Shown here: positions 6,971 to 15,333 of the stretch, piece by piece
Layout of the letters: every line of letters begins with the position of its first letter
How positions within the stretch are numbered: position 1 is the stretch's first letter
Virus record (IMG/VR): IMGVR_UViG_3300042301_003333
Location: 1 to 55,966 of that record
Direction: 5' to 3' (one strand)
Source of the DNA: a virus
Taxonomy: Duplodnaviria > Caudoviricetes
DNA length: 55,966 nucleotides
Notes under the pieces: model-generated
The model's input: the letters and a program-made list of their open reading frames with translations, nothing else
What the model was told of the DNA's origin: nothing
Database searches by the model: none
Program-made: the position numbers and the translations under genes

Positions 6971-7886
6971 GTCCGAACGCTTCATCGACAAGGCGACCTA
7001 CCTACGGCTCGTCGAGGCGTTCCGAACGCACGGCACCAACTGGCGGCGCGTCTCCATCGAGGCGGACGTCAGCCGGAACACCGCCAAGCGGGCCTACAAC
7101 GCCGGCTGGCTCGACCGTTGGGAATGGGCACGACCCATCGCCTCGGTGCTCGCCGACGGGTCCGAGGAAGTCCGCGCCGCGCTGACCGCGACCGTCCAGG
7201 CCGAGCTCGAGGCCGAACGACGCGCCCGACCGAAGGCTCGTAACAAGGTCGCCGAGCGCCGAGCCGCCGAACGGCAAGCCGCCCTCGCCGACGCCGAGGC
7301 CCGCCGACAGGCCGACACGGTCGCCGAGGTCCAGCGCGCCGAGTCCGAGGCCGACGAGCTCCGCCGTCGCATTGCCGAGCAGGCGCTTCGGGAACGGGAG
7401 GAAGCCGCCCGAGCCCGAGCGGCCAAAGAGGCGGCCGAGGAGGCCGAGCGCGAGAAGGCCCGCCAACAGGCGCTCGAGGCCCGCACGCAGGAGGCTCAGC
7501 TCGTCCGTCTGGCTCGAGGCGCCGCCATCGGTACCCTCGGCGGGACGATGAGGCTCATGCCGGGCCTCGCTAAGCTGGCCGACCAATTGAGGGCCGCCAT
7601 CGACGCCGGCCAGATTCCCATCGACAAGGCCGCCTCGACCATCGGGCAGATCAGTCGCACGGTGAAGGACGCGACCCTCGCCGCACAGGTGGTTATCGAG
7701 CTCGAGCGCCTGCACGTCGGCGCCCCGCAAGCGATCATCGGCGTCGTGCAGCATGAGATCAGCGTCGACGAGGCGGTGTCCGCCGTCCAAGAGGCCGAGG
7801 CCGCAGTCCAGCGCGCCCGGCAACTCGGGCTCGTCGCAGAGCAACAGAACGCCCTCGGGGCGCGAACGAAGGTGGCAGAGGCATGA
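6969..7886 (+). CDS. Probable terminase small subunit (N-terminal HTH plus long coiled coil)
   Basis: NWRRVSIEADVSRNTAKRAY HTH, Ala/Glu/Arg coiled coil; heads the operon containing terL. Confidence 0.6.
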   Translation: MSERFIDKATYLRLVEAFRTHGTNWRRVSIEADVSRNTAKRAYNAGWLDRWEWARPIASVLADGSEEVRAALTATVQAELEAERRARPKARNKVAERRAAERQAALADAEARRQADTVAEVQRAESEADELRRRIAEQALREREEAARARAAKEAAEEAEREKARQQALEARTQEAQLVRLARGAAIGTLGGTMRLMPGLAKLADQLRAAIDAGQIPIDKAASTIGQISRTVKDATLAAQVVIELERLHVGAPQAIIGVVQHEISVDEAVSAVQEAEAAVQRARQLGLVAEQQNALGARTKVAEA

Positions 7887-8164
7887 GCGACGTCGTCCGC
7901 GAGCAGTCCGCGCCCGTCGAGAGCGATCATCCTGCCGTCTGGCTGCTCGTCCTCGCTGACATGGCCGCCCGCGACGCCGACGGCCGCCGCAAGTACGGCG
8001 TGCCGCTGCAGCCGTTCAACGGCCGCGACCCGCTGGTGGACGCCTATCAGGAGAGCCTCGACCAGTCCGTATACCTGCGCTCCGCCATCTTCGAGCGGGC
8101 GGCGCTGCTGGCTCGCGTCGCGGAGCTCGAGGCCGAGGTCGCTCGGTTCAAGGGGAACGCATGA
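7883..8164 (+). CDS. Small all-alpha phage protein, MazG/NTP-pyrophosphatase-like pattern
   Basis: RDADGRRKYGVPL...GRDPLVDAYQESLDQSVYL. Confidence 0.6.
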   Translation: MSDVVREQSAPVESDHPAVWLLVLADMAARDADGRRKYGVPLQPFNGRDPLVDAYQESLDQSVYLRSAIFERAALLARVAELEAEVARFKGNA

Positions 8165-8487
8165 GAAAGCCCGACCACGTCCAGGTCGTCGTCCGCAAGC
8201 ACCCGCGAGGGCGGACCACCAACGTCGAGTGCTCGCTCTGCGGTACGTCGCAGCCGCTCGTCGTCCCCGGTCGGCGCGTCCCGTCCGAGGCCAACATCAA
8301 CCGGATCATCCACCTCTTCGGCGCCCTGCACGACCAGACCTGCCGCGACCGAGTGGAGGGGCTCGTCGCCGCGCTCAAGGCCGAGGCGGCGCAGGCCGAG
8401 GCGCCGGCCGAGGCAGCAAAGGTCGAAACCACCTTCTACCGGCACGTCAGCGACACCGCGCCGACCGACCCCGAGGTGCAGCCGTGA
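8161..8487 (+). CDS. Hypothetical protein with CxxC and HxxxC
   Basis: ATGA-coupled; CSLC, HDQTC. Confidence 0.65.
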   Translation: MRKPDHVQVVVRKHPRGRTTNVECSLCGTSQPLVVPGRRVPSEANINRIIHLFGALHDQTCRDRVEGLVAALKAEAAQAEAPAEAAKVETTFYRHVSDTAPTDPEVQP

Positions 8488-8852
8488 CCGCCACCGAGAC
8501 TGACGCCAAGCGGCAATCCGCTTTCATTCGCACCATACTGAAAAAGGACTGTCTGCCGAGTCACTGCGGCGCTTGCGGTCGGTGCGCGTGGGTCGTCGAG
8601 GAGGTCTACTGCATCGAGCGGCTCGATGGCCCCAAGTCGAGGGTCGTCGAAGGCATTCTCGGGTTCCCGTTTGGGTCGAACAGCTTCTTCCCTGTCCTTC
8701 CTGTCTGGTGCGGCAAGTGCGGGAACACGCACCTGTTTAACGCCATCGTGCTCGGGATCGTCGACCGTGACGGGAAGGTCTGCGTCAACCTCGACGAGAC
8801 CATGCCGTCGGGATGGGTCGAAGAGACCAAGACAACCGAGGTGCAGCCGTGA
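8484..8852 (+). CDS. Zinc-ribbon hypothetical protein flanked by 18-bp direct repeats
   Basis: GTGA-coupled start; CGACG...PVWCGKCGNTHLFNA; more AT-rich codons than neighbours. Confidence 0.65.
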   Translation: MTATETDAKRQSAFIRTILKKDCLPSHCGACGRCAWVVEEVYCIERLDGPKSRVVEGILGFPFGSNSFFPVLPVWCGKCGNTHLFNAIVLGIVDRDGKVCVNLDETMPSGWVEETKTTEVQP

Positions 8853-9037
8853 CGCCCGAGGAGCTCATCACGCTCGACTGCTGCGAGCGTGCCGAGGACA
8901 CCGGCCTCGTGACCTTCAACGAGGACAGCGTCCGTTGGGAGATCGTCCGACTGCAGCCCGACGGGTCGACCGTCGCCACCGGCATTGACCGCTGCCCATG
9001 GTGCGGCAAATGGCTGCGCCACCTCATCGCCGGATGA
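8849..9037 (+). CDS. Small Cys-rich hypothetical protein
   Basis: GTGA/ATGA-coupled; CC...IDRCPWCGK. Confidence 0.65.
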   Translation: MTPEELITLDCCERAEDTGLVTFNEDSVRWEIVRLQPDGSTVATGIDRCPWCGKWLRHLIAG

Positions 9038-11211
9038 CCAACCCGTCCGTCTACGACCGCGAGACGGCCGAGCGCCTCGCGATGGTCGAGCTCCGCCGCG
9101 CCGGGCAGCGGGCGAGGCAGGCGCACTACGCGCTGGCAGCGGCCGACCCGCTCTCGTTCGCCGAGATGGTCCTGCGCGACACGGCGACCGGCGAGAAGAT
9201 CAAGCTGTCGGGCGAGCAGATTCGGTGGCACCTCGCCGCCGAGCGCAGCCGTCGCACGGTCCTTTGGGCGCACGACCAGTCGGGCCGGTCGCTCTGGGCG
9301 GTGTCCCGCATCCTGCACACCCTCGGGAAAAACAGGAACGCGCGCATCGTCATCGTCGGTCGCACCCTGCCGGCGGCTCGGACGGTCCTCGGGCTCGTCG
9401 CCCGCTACCTCGACTCGTCGCCCGAGCTGCGGCATGTCTTCCCCGACCTGCGCCTCGATGGCGAGCCGAAGGCCCGCAGCCTCGCCGTCGCCGGCCGAGT
9501 CCACCGCGACCCGTCGGTGCAGGCCGTCGGGACCGGCCTCGGCCTCGTGTCCCGCGCCCCCATCGACCTGCTCGTCATCGACGACGCCCTCGCCGACGAG
9601 CACGTCCGCACGCCCGGCGCGCGCCAGCTCATTCGCGACTGGTTTGAGGCGGTCCTTTTTGCATCCGTCTCGCCCTTCGGGCAGGTCGTCGCCCTCGGGA
9701 CGCCGCTGCACCCCGAGGACGCCGTCTCCCGCCTCGCCTCGCAGCCTGACGTGCAGGTCGTCCGCTCGCCGGTCGTCGACGCCGCCGGCGTCCCGACGTG
9801 GCCCGAGAAGTGGTCCGTCGAGCGCGTCGAGCGGCGCAAGAAGGACATGGACGAACAAGCGTGGCAACGCCGGATGCTCGTCGCGCCCATCCTCTCGGCC
9901 GACATGCGGACCGCCGCCGAGCCGCTCAACTCGTTCATCGAGCGCGTATCGGGCGGCTCGCTCATCGCCCCGCGTCACCTCGCGCCCCTCGTCGCCCTCC
10001 TCGAGCGCGCCCGACACGAGCCGGTCCGAGCCGTCGTCTCCGCCCCGCCGCAGCACGGCAAGTCCGAGACGATCATGCACGCGCTCGCGTGGCACCTCGC
10101 CCAAGACCCGACGCGAACGCACGCATACGTCACCTACGCGGGCAACTTCGCGACCGACCAGAGCCGGCGCATCCGGTCAATCACCGACTCGGCCGGCGTC
10201 GAGATGTCCGACCAGGCGGCGCTCCGTCGCTGGCGCACCGCTCGAGGCGGCGGGCTCATCGCCGAAGGCGTCTCGGGCCAACTCACGGGTAAGAGCGTCG
10301 ACGGCATTTTCGTGATCGACGACCCCTACAAGGACCGCGTCGAGGCCGAGAGCGCGTTGAAACGCGAACGGGTATGGCAGTTCTTTACCGACGTCGCGAA
10401 GACGCGTTTGAACCCGGCGGCCTCCGTCATCGTCGTCCATACCCGCTGGCACGAGGACGACCTCGCCGGTCGACTCGCCAAGCAGGGCTGGGAGCGGGTC
10501 AACCTGCAGGCCGTCTCGCCCGAGGGCGCCCCGCTCTGGCCCGAGCGGTACACGCCCGCGTGGCTCAAGGAGCAGCGCGAGGCGCTCGGCGAATACTCGT
10601 GGGCCTCCCTCTATATGGGCGAGCCACGCCCGCGAGGCGGCGCCGTCTTCCGCGACGTCCGCCTGTACGACCCGCAGACGACCGTGGTCCGCTCGCACGT
10701 CTGGCGTGTGGCCATCGGCGTCGACCTTGCGTACACCGCTCGCGCCAAGGCCGACTACTCGACCGCCGTCGTCCTCGCCGCCGACGGGCAAGGCGTCTGC
10801 TACGTCCTCGACGTCATCCGGGCGCAGGTCGAGGCGCCCGCCTTTGCCTACCAGCTCGCGCAGCTCAAGCAGCGGTACGCCGCCCCGATCCTCTGGTACG
10901 CCGCCGGCACCGAGCAGGGCGTGGCGCAGTTCATCCGCAACCAAGGCGTGCCGCTCGAGGTGCAGGCACCGAAGGGCGACAAGTTCGTGAGGTCGATGCC
11001 GGTCGCCGCCGCGTGGAACGCCTCACGAATCTCGGTCCCGATGAACGCCGCATGGAGCAACGCCTTCGTGGAGGAGGTGCTCGCCTTTACCGGCGTCGGC
11101 GACCTGCACGACGATCAGGTGGACGCCCTCGCCGCCGCCTACGACCAGCTGTTCCCGCAAGTCGCGACCCCGGTCGCGCAAGTCCTCAACCTCGACCTCC
11201 GACGCCGATGA
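9034..11211 (+). CDS. terL: Terminase large subunit with a duplicated ATPase region
   Basis: Intact ATPase (SAPPQHGKS, VIDDPYKD, HTRWHEDDL, LWPERY), RNase H-like nuclease (GVDLA, DYS, GDKFVR, HDDQVDA), plus an N-terminal degenerate ATPase. Confidence 0.92.
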   Translation: MTNPSVYDRETAERLAMVELRRAGQRARQAHYALAAADPLSFAEMVLRDTATGEKIKLSGEQIRWHLAAERSRRTVLWAHDQSGRSLWAVSRILHTLGKNRNARIVIVGRTLPAARTVLGLVARYLDSSPELRHVFPDLRLDGEPKARSLAVAGRVHRDPSVQAVGTGLGLVSRAPIDLLVIDDALADEHVRTPGARQLIRDWFEAVLFASVSPFGQVVALGTPLHPEDAVSRLASQPDVQVVRSPVVDAAGVPTWPEKWSVERVERRKKDMDEQAWQRRMLVAPILSADMRTAAEPLNSFIERVSGGSLIAPRHLAPLVALLERARHEPVRAVVSAPPQHGKSETIMHALAWHLAQDPTRTHAYVTYAGNFATDQSRRIRSITDSAGVEMSDQAALRRWRTARGGGLIAEGVSGQLTGKSVDGIFVIDDPYKDRVEAESALKRERVWQFFTDVAKTRLNPAASVIVVHTRWHEDDLAGRLAKQGWERVNLQAVSPEGAPLWPERYTPAWLKEQREALGEYSWASLYMGEPRPRGGAVFRDVRLYDPQTTVVRSHVWRVAIGVDLAYTARAKADYSTAVVLAADGQGVCYVLDVIRAQVEAPAFAYQLAQLKQRYAAPILWYAAGTEQGVAQFIRNQGVPLEVQAPKGDKFVRSMPVAAAWNASRISVPMNAAWSNAFVEEVLAFTGVGDLHDDQVDALAAAYDQLFPQVATPVAQVLNLDLRRR

Positions 11212-11438
11212 CAAAGAACAAGACGAAGCCAAAAGCCAAACGCATCCACACCGACGAGGCGCTGCCCGTCTGGGCGCTCGACTCCGGCCACGACGGCCTC
11301 CTCGAAATCTACGCGGTGAACGGCCGCCTCGAACTGCGCTGTGACCTGACCTTCGTCAACGACGACTCCGACGACGAGGACGGCCTCGCCCGGCTCAAGG
11401 AAGAGGCGGCGGGCTACGCCGAGGGGAATCGGGAATGA
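11208..11438 (+). CDS. Hypothetical protein
   Basis: ATGA-coupled at both ends; MTKNKTKPK... Confidence 0.6.
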   Translation: MTKNKTKPKAKRIHTDEALPVWALDSGHDGLLEIYAVNGRLELRCDLTFVNDDSDDEDGLARLKEEAAGYAEGNRE

Positions 11439-12316
11439 GCGCAGCCGACGAGATCAAGGCTCGCCTCGCCGGTCGCCGCGTCGTCGCCAGCGTCAGCGGC
11501 GGCAAGGACTCGGCCGCCATGTCGCTCTACCTGACCGAGCTCGGCATCGAGCACGACCGAGTCTTCTGCGACACCGGCTGGGAGCACGACCTGACCTACG
11601 AGTACCTGCGCGGGCCGCTCGTCGAGAAGCTCGGGCCGATCACTTGGCTGGAGCCCAAGCGGAAGATGGAAGAGCTGATTCTTCACAAGGGCATGTTCCC
11701 GAGCCGGCAGCGCCGCTGGTGTACGCAGGAACTCAAGGTCCGTCCTTTGGCGCGACACTTCAAGGCCCGGATGGACGAGGGTGACGACATCGTCAACGCG
11801 GTCGGGATTCGCGCGGCCGAGTCCGAGTCGCGGTCCAAGATGCCCGAATGGGAGTGGCAGGACGGTTTTGACTGCGAGGTCTGGCGACCGCTCCTGCGGT
11901 GGTCCGAGCAGGACGTCATCGACATTCATCACAGGCACGGGCTTCGACCGAACCCGCTCTACCTGCGCGGGGCGCAGCGCGTGGGCTGCTGGCCGTGCAT
12001 CTACGCCCGCAAGGACGAGATCAAGTTGATTGCCGACACTGACCCTGACCGCATCGTCCGTCTGCGAGTGCTTGAAGGACAGGTGGCTGAGAAGGCGCAC
12101 GCCCGAGCCGCCGAGAAAGGCGAGACGCTCAAGAACGACCCCGCGTGGTTCCAGGCGAAGAACGGGGGCACTGGCGACTGCTGGCCCATCGACAAGGCCG
12201 TCGAGTGGTCGAGGACGGCCCGAGGCGGAAAGCAGTTTGAACTGTTCGCCGCCGACTCTCGGGATGCGGGATGCATGAGGTGGGGACTCTGTGAGACGAA
12301 TGGGAGGTCTGAATGA
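11435..12316 (+). CDS. PAPS reductase-family (CysH/DndC-like PP-loop) protein
   Basis: SVSGGKDS, DTGWEH, RWCTQELK, GIRAAES, RVGCWPC. Confidence 0.88.
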   Translation: MSAADEIKARLAGRRVVASVSGGKDSAAMSLYLTELGIEHDRVFCDTGWEHDLTYEYLRGPLVEKLGPITWLEPKRKMEELILHKGMFPSRQRRWCTQELKVRPLARHFKARMDEGDDIVNAVGIRAAESESRSKMPEWEWQDGFDCEVWRPLLRWSEQDVIDIHHRHGLRPNPLYLRGAQRVGCWPCIYARKDEIKLIADTDPDRIVRLRVLEGQVAEKAHARAAEKGETLKNDPAWFQAKNGGTGDCWPIDKAVEWSRTARGGKQFELFAADSRDAGCMRWGLCETNGRSE

Positions 12317-12528
12317 CGTTCAAGCCGGGCGACAAGGTACGCTGCACCTCGCACTACAGCGGCGAGGACCACGAGCACGACTACGAGATCCTCGACATCG
12401 GCGAGGTCAACCCGAGACGACCGGACCTCGGCCGGCCGTGGACCGTGCGGCAGCTCGACTCGGGCGAGGTCTTCGGGATGGCGCACCTCGAGTCGAAGAA
12501 CCCGCGACTGCTTGGGGGCAAGGAATGA
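12313..12528 (+). CDS. Small hypothetical protein (SH3-like start FKPGDKVR)
   Basis: GGAGG RBS, ATGA coupling. Confidence 0.65.
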   Translation: MTFKPGDKVRCTSHYSGEDHEHDYEILDIGEVNPRRPDLGRPWTVRQLDSGEVFGMAHLESKNPRLLGGKE

Positions 12529-12710
12529 GCGCCCGCATCTGGGACCGGCGGAGGCTGGCTCGACGTCGCGCCCGCATCGGAGCCCTCGCTAGCGAGCTCG
12601 CGACCGCGCCAACGCCCGAGCGCGAGCGGGAAATCGACCGGCGCCTCGGCCGAGTCTATGCCCGCGTCTTCCATCCGCCGCGCCGCGTCCGCGTCTGGCT
12701 GGCGTCGTGA
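12525..12710 (+). CDS. Small Arg-rich hypothetical protein
   Basis: ATGA-coupled; MSARIWDRRRLAR... Confidence 0.55.
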   Translation: MSARIWDRRRLARRRARIGALASELATAPTPEREREIDRRLGRVYARVFHPPRRVRVWLAS

Positions 12711-12913
12711 GCGCCGACCCGAACGCCTGTGACGGCGCGACCTGCGCCGAGGCGCCGGCCATCGTCATCCACCGCGAGGCTTTCGACGGCAAGCACCAGA
12801 CGGACGACGGCCCGTGCAACTGCCGGCCGACGGTCTACTGTTCGGGCTGCGGCGGTCGCAAGCCGTCGACGACGCCGACACGCAACTCCCGAACGTGGTG
12901 GGTGACCGAATGA
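12707..12913 (+). CDS. Small Cys-rich hypothetical protein
   Basis: GTGA-coupled; CNCRPTVYCSGC. Confidence 0.55.
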   Translation: MSADPNACDGATCAEAPAIVIHREAFDGKHQTDDGPCNCRPTVYCSGCGGRKPSTTPTRNSRTWWVTE

Positions 12914-13083
12914 GCGCGAGAGCATGGGGCCGCCGTCGCCTCGCCCGCTGGCAGCAGGCCGTCGTCGTCGCCCGCTTCTGGGCCGAGTTCGGCGACCAGC
13001 ACGAGCGCGACGAGGCGGCACGAATAATCCGACGGCTCGTCACCAGAGCGCGGCGCTACGGCGTCGACCTCGTTGTGGACTAG
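12910..13083 (+). CDS. Small Arg-rich hypothetical protein
   Basis: ATGA-coupled; MSARAWGRRRLAR... Confidence 0.55.
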   Translation: MSARAWGRRRLARWQQAVVVARFWAEFGDQHERDEAARIIRRLVTRARRYGVDLVVD

Positions 13084-13104
13084 GGACCGACGCGGAGCGT
13101 GTGA

Positions 13105-14874
13105 ATGTCGAGCGGCACACTGGTGGACTGGACGGCCACGCAAACCGTCTTCGGAGCTGCGATAGGCGGGGGCGCGATTCCCGATCAGTCGGACATCATG
13201 GGGCGCATCAAGCGCCTCGGCATGTCGCCGCGCCAGGTCGAGCTGAACCATCTGTGGAGCATCTATAGATCCGCTCAGTATGAGACCTGCTCGTCCGAGT
13301 GGGACGGGTCGCAGAAGATCAGTCGCATCGACCGCGAGGCGATCAACTCGGGCGCCTACATCCCGCCGGGCTTCTACGACCTCGGCGCGATGCTGCCACT
13401 GCGGTTCCGCAAGCCGACCGCGCCCTACCCGCTCGCCCGCGTCATCGTCGACCGCTTCACGAGCCTGCTGTTCAGCGAGAAGCGCCACCCGCGCGTCAAG
13501 GTCGAGGACGACGACGCGACGGACGATTATGTCGGCGCGCTGCTCGAGGCGTCTCGCTTCTGGCCGACGTGGATGCAGGCGCGTGGCTTCGGCGGCGCGA
13601 TGGGCTCGGTGGCCGTCGGCTTCTCCATCCTCGCCGGCAAGCCGCACCTCGAGATCTTCGACCCGCGATGGGCAACGCCGACCTTCGTCTCCCGCACCGG
13701 CAACGAGCTCAAGCGGATCGAGGTGCTCTACCAGTACCCGCGCGAGATCTACGACGGCGAGACGGGCGTCTGGCGCGAGGTGCCGTTCTGGTATCGCCGC
13801 GTCATCGACGCCGAGCGGGACATCGTCTACCGCTCCATCCCGGTCACCGACGAGGCGCCGGTCTGGCAGGTCGAGAACGAGGTCGTCCACGGGCTCGGCG
13901 AGGTTCCGGTCGTCTGGGTGCAGAACACCCCGAGCCAGGACGATGCCGACGGCGACAGCGACTATCACGGCGTCCTCGAGATGCTGCATGCCATCGACCA
14001 GCTTCTCGCCCAGGCGCAGATCGGCACCATCGCGAACGCCGACCCGACGCTCGTCATCTCGACCGACGCCTCGCTCCCGCCCGATCTCGCGAAAGGCTCG
14101 CGCGCCCCGATCCAGCTCCCGTCCTCGGGCAAGGCTCAGTACCTCGAGCTGCAGGGCATCGGCGCGAAGGCCGCGACCGAGCTCGCCGACCTCTACCGCA
14201 AGCGCGTCCTCGAGGCGTGCCACTGCGTGCTCGACGACGCCGCCAGCGACGGCAGCGCGAAGGTCCGCCGCACCGCGACCGAAATTGAGCGCAGCTACGC
14301 GGCGATGATCGCCCGCACCGACGTCCTGCGCGAGCAGTGGGCCGAGATGGGGCTCAAGCCGCTCCTGCGGAAGATGCTGCGAGCCATCCGACACGTCGAG
14401 CAGGGGCGCGTCGGCGAGGACGGCCGAGTCGTTCGCGGCGTCGTCGTCATACCGCCGCACATCGACCGCGACGCGAACGGGAAGATCGTCGGCAAGCGTC
14501 CCCGCGAGATCGGCGAGGGCGAGGTCATCGAGCTCGTCTGGCCGTCGTACTTCGAGCCGACCATCGACGACGCGGACACGGCCGTGAAGACCGCCGCCGC
14601 CGCGCTCGCCGGCCAGCTCGTCGACCAGGAGGCCGCCGTCGCGTACGTCGCGCCGTTCTTCCACGTCGGCGACCCGAAGGCGATGGCCGACCGCATCCGC
14701 AACGAGGCGGCCAAGCAGGCCGCGCTCGTCGCCGGCATCGAGGCGGGTCTGCCCGCCGGCGAGGTCATCGACGGTCCCGGCGGCGCCTCGCCGTTCGCGG
14801 CCGAGGACGAGCCCGCTGAGGACGAGCAGCCGGTCGAGGGCGAGGACGTCGAGGAGGCGGAGGTCGAGGCGTGA
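13105..14874 (+). CDS. Portal protein (SPP1-like)
   Basis: LARVIVDRFTSLLFS, HGLGEVPVVWVQN, GDSDY, acidic tail; size and position after terL. Confidence 0.85.
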   Translation: MSSGTLVDWTATQTVFGAAIGGGAIPDQSDIMGRIKRLGMSPRQVELNHLWSIYRSAQYETCSSEWDGSQKISRIDREAINSGAYIPPGFYDLGAMLPLRFRKPTAPYPLARVIVDRFTSLLFSEKRHPRVKVEDDDATDDYVGALLEASRFWPTWMQARGFGGAMGSVAVGFSILAGKPHLEIFDPRWATPTFVSRTGNELKRIEVLYQYPREIYDGETGVWREVPFWYRRVIDAERDIVYRSIPVTDEAPVWQVENEVVHGLGEVPVVWVQNTPSQDDADGDSDYHGVLEMLHAIDQLLAQAQIGTIANADPTLVISTDASLPPDLAKGSRAPIQLPSSGKAQYLELQGIGAKAATELADLYRKRVLEACHCVLDDAASDGSAKVRRTATEIERSYAAMIARTDVLREQWAEMGLKPLLRKMLRAIRHVEQGRVGEDGRVVRGVVVIPPHIDRDANGKIVGKRPREIGEGEVIELVWPSYFEPTIDDADTAVKTAAAALAGQLVDQEAAVAYVAPFFHVGDPKAMADRIRNEAAKQAALVAGIEAGLPAGEVIDGPGGASPFAAEDEPAEDEQPVEGEDVEEAEVEA

Positions 14875-15314
14875 TCATCTGCATCGACTTCGACTCGACC
14901 CTTGTCGACGAGTGGGGCCGGAAGTTCTCGGACGTCACGACGCCGCTCAAGCTCATGGGCGGCGCTCGCAAGGCGCTACAGGCGATGAAGGCCGCAGGCC
15001 ACGTCGTGCTCGTCTCGTCGGCGCGAGCAAACCGCGCCCTCCGCATCGACCCCGAACTCGACCCGCTCGTCCGAGCCGGCGTCGTGAAGCTCGACCGCAA
15101 GGCGTGGGAGGCCGAGCAGCCGCTCCACGAGGCGCGCTACCAGCAGATGGTGCAGTTCTGCGCGACGCAGCTCAAAGGGCTCGTCGACGCGGTGGACGAC
15201 GGCGGGCAGGGGAAGCCCGTGGCGGACCTCTACATCGACGACCGGGCGCTTCGGTTCGGTGGCGGCGTGGATGGTCACAACTGGTTCGACATCGCCCGCC
15301 AGTTCGGGGCGTGA
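14871..15314 (+). CDS. HAD-superfamily phosphatase-like protein
   Basis: ICIDFDSTL (motif I), GKPVADLYIDDRA (motifs III/IV). Confidence 0.8.
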   Translation: MIICIDFDSTLVDEWGRKFSDVTTPLKLMGGARKALQAMKAAGHVVLVSSARANRALRIDPELDPLVRAGVVKLDRKAWEAEQPLHEARYQQMVQFCATQLKGLVDAVDDGGQGKPVADLYIDDRALRFGGGVDGHNWFDIARQFGA

Positions 15315-15333
15315 CACGGGAAGACGGGAGACG

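Noticed and set aside
9034-11211. Intein as the explanation for the long terminase
   Set aside because: No C/S...HN-C/S/T splice junction or LAGLIDADG motifs; the extra region has terminase ATPase motifs
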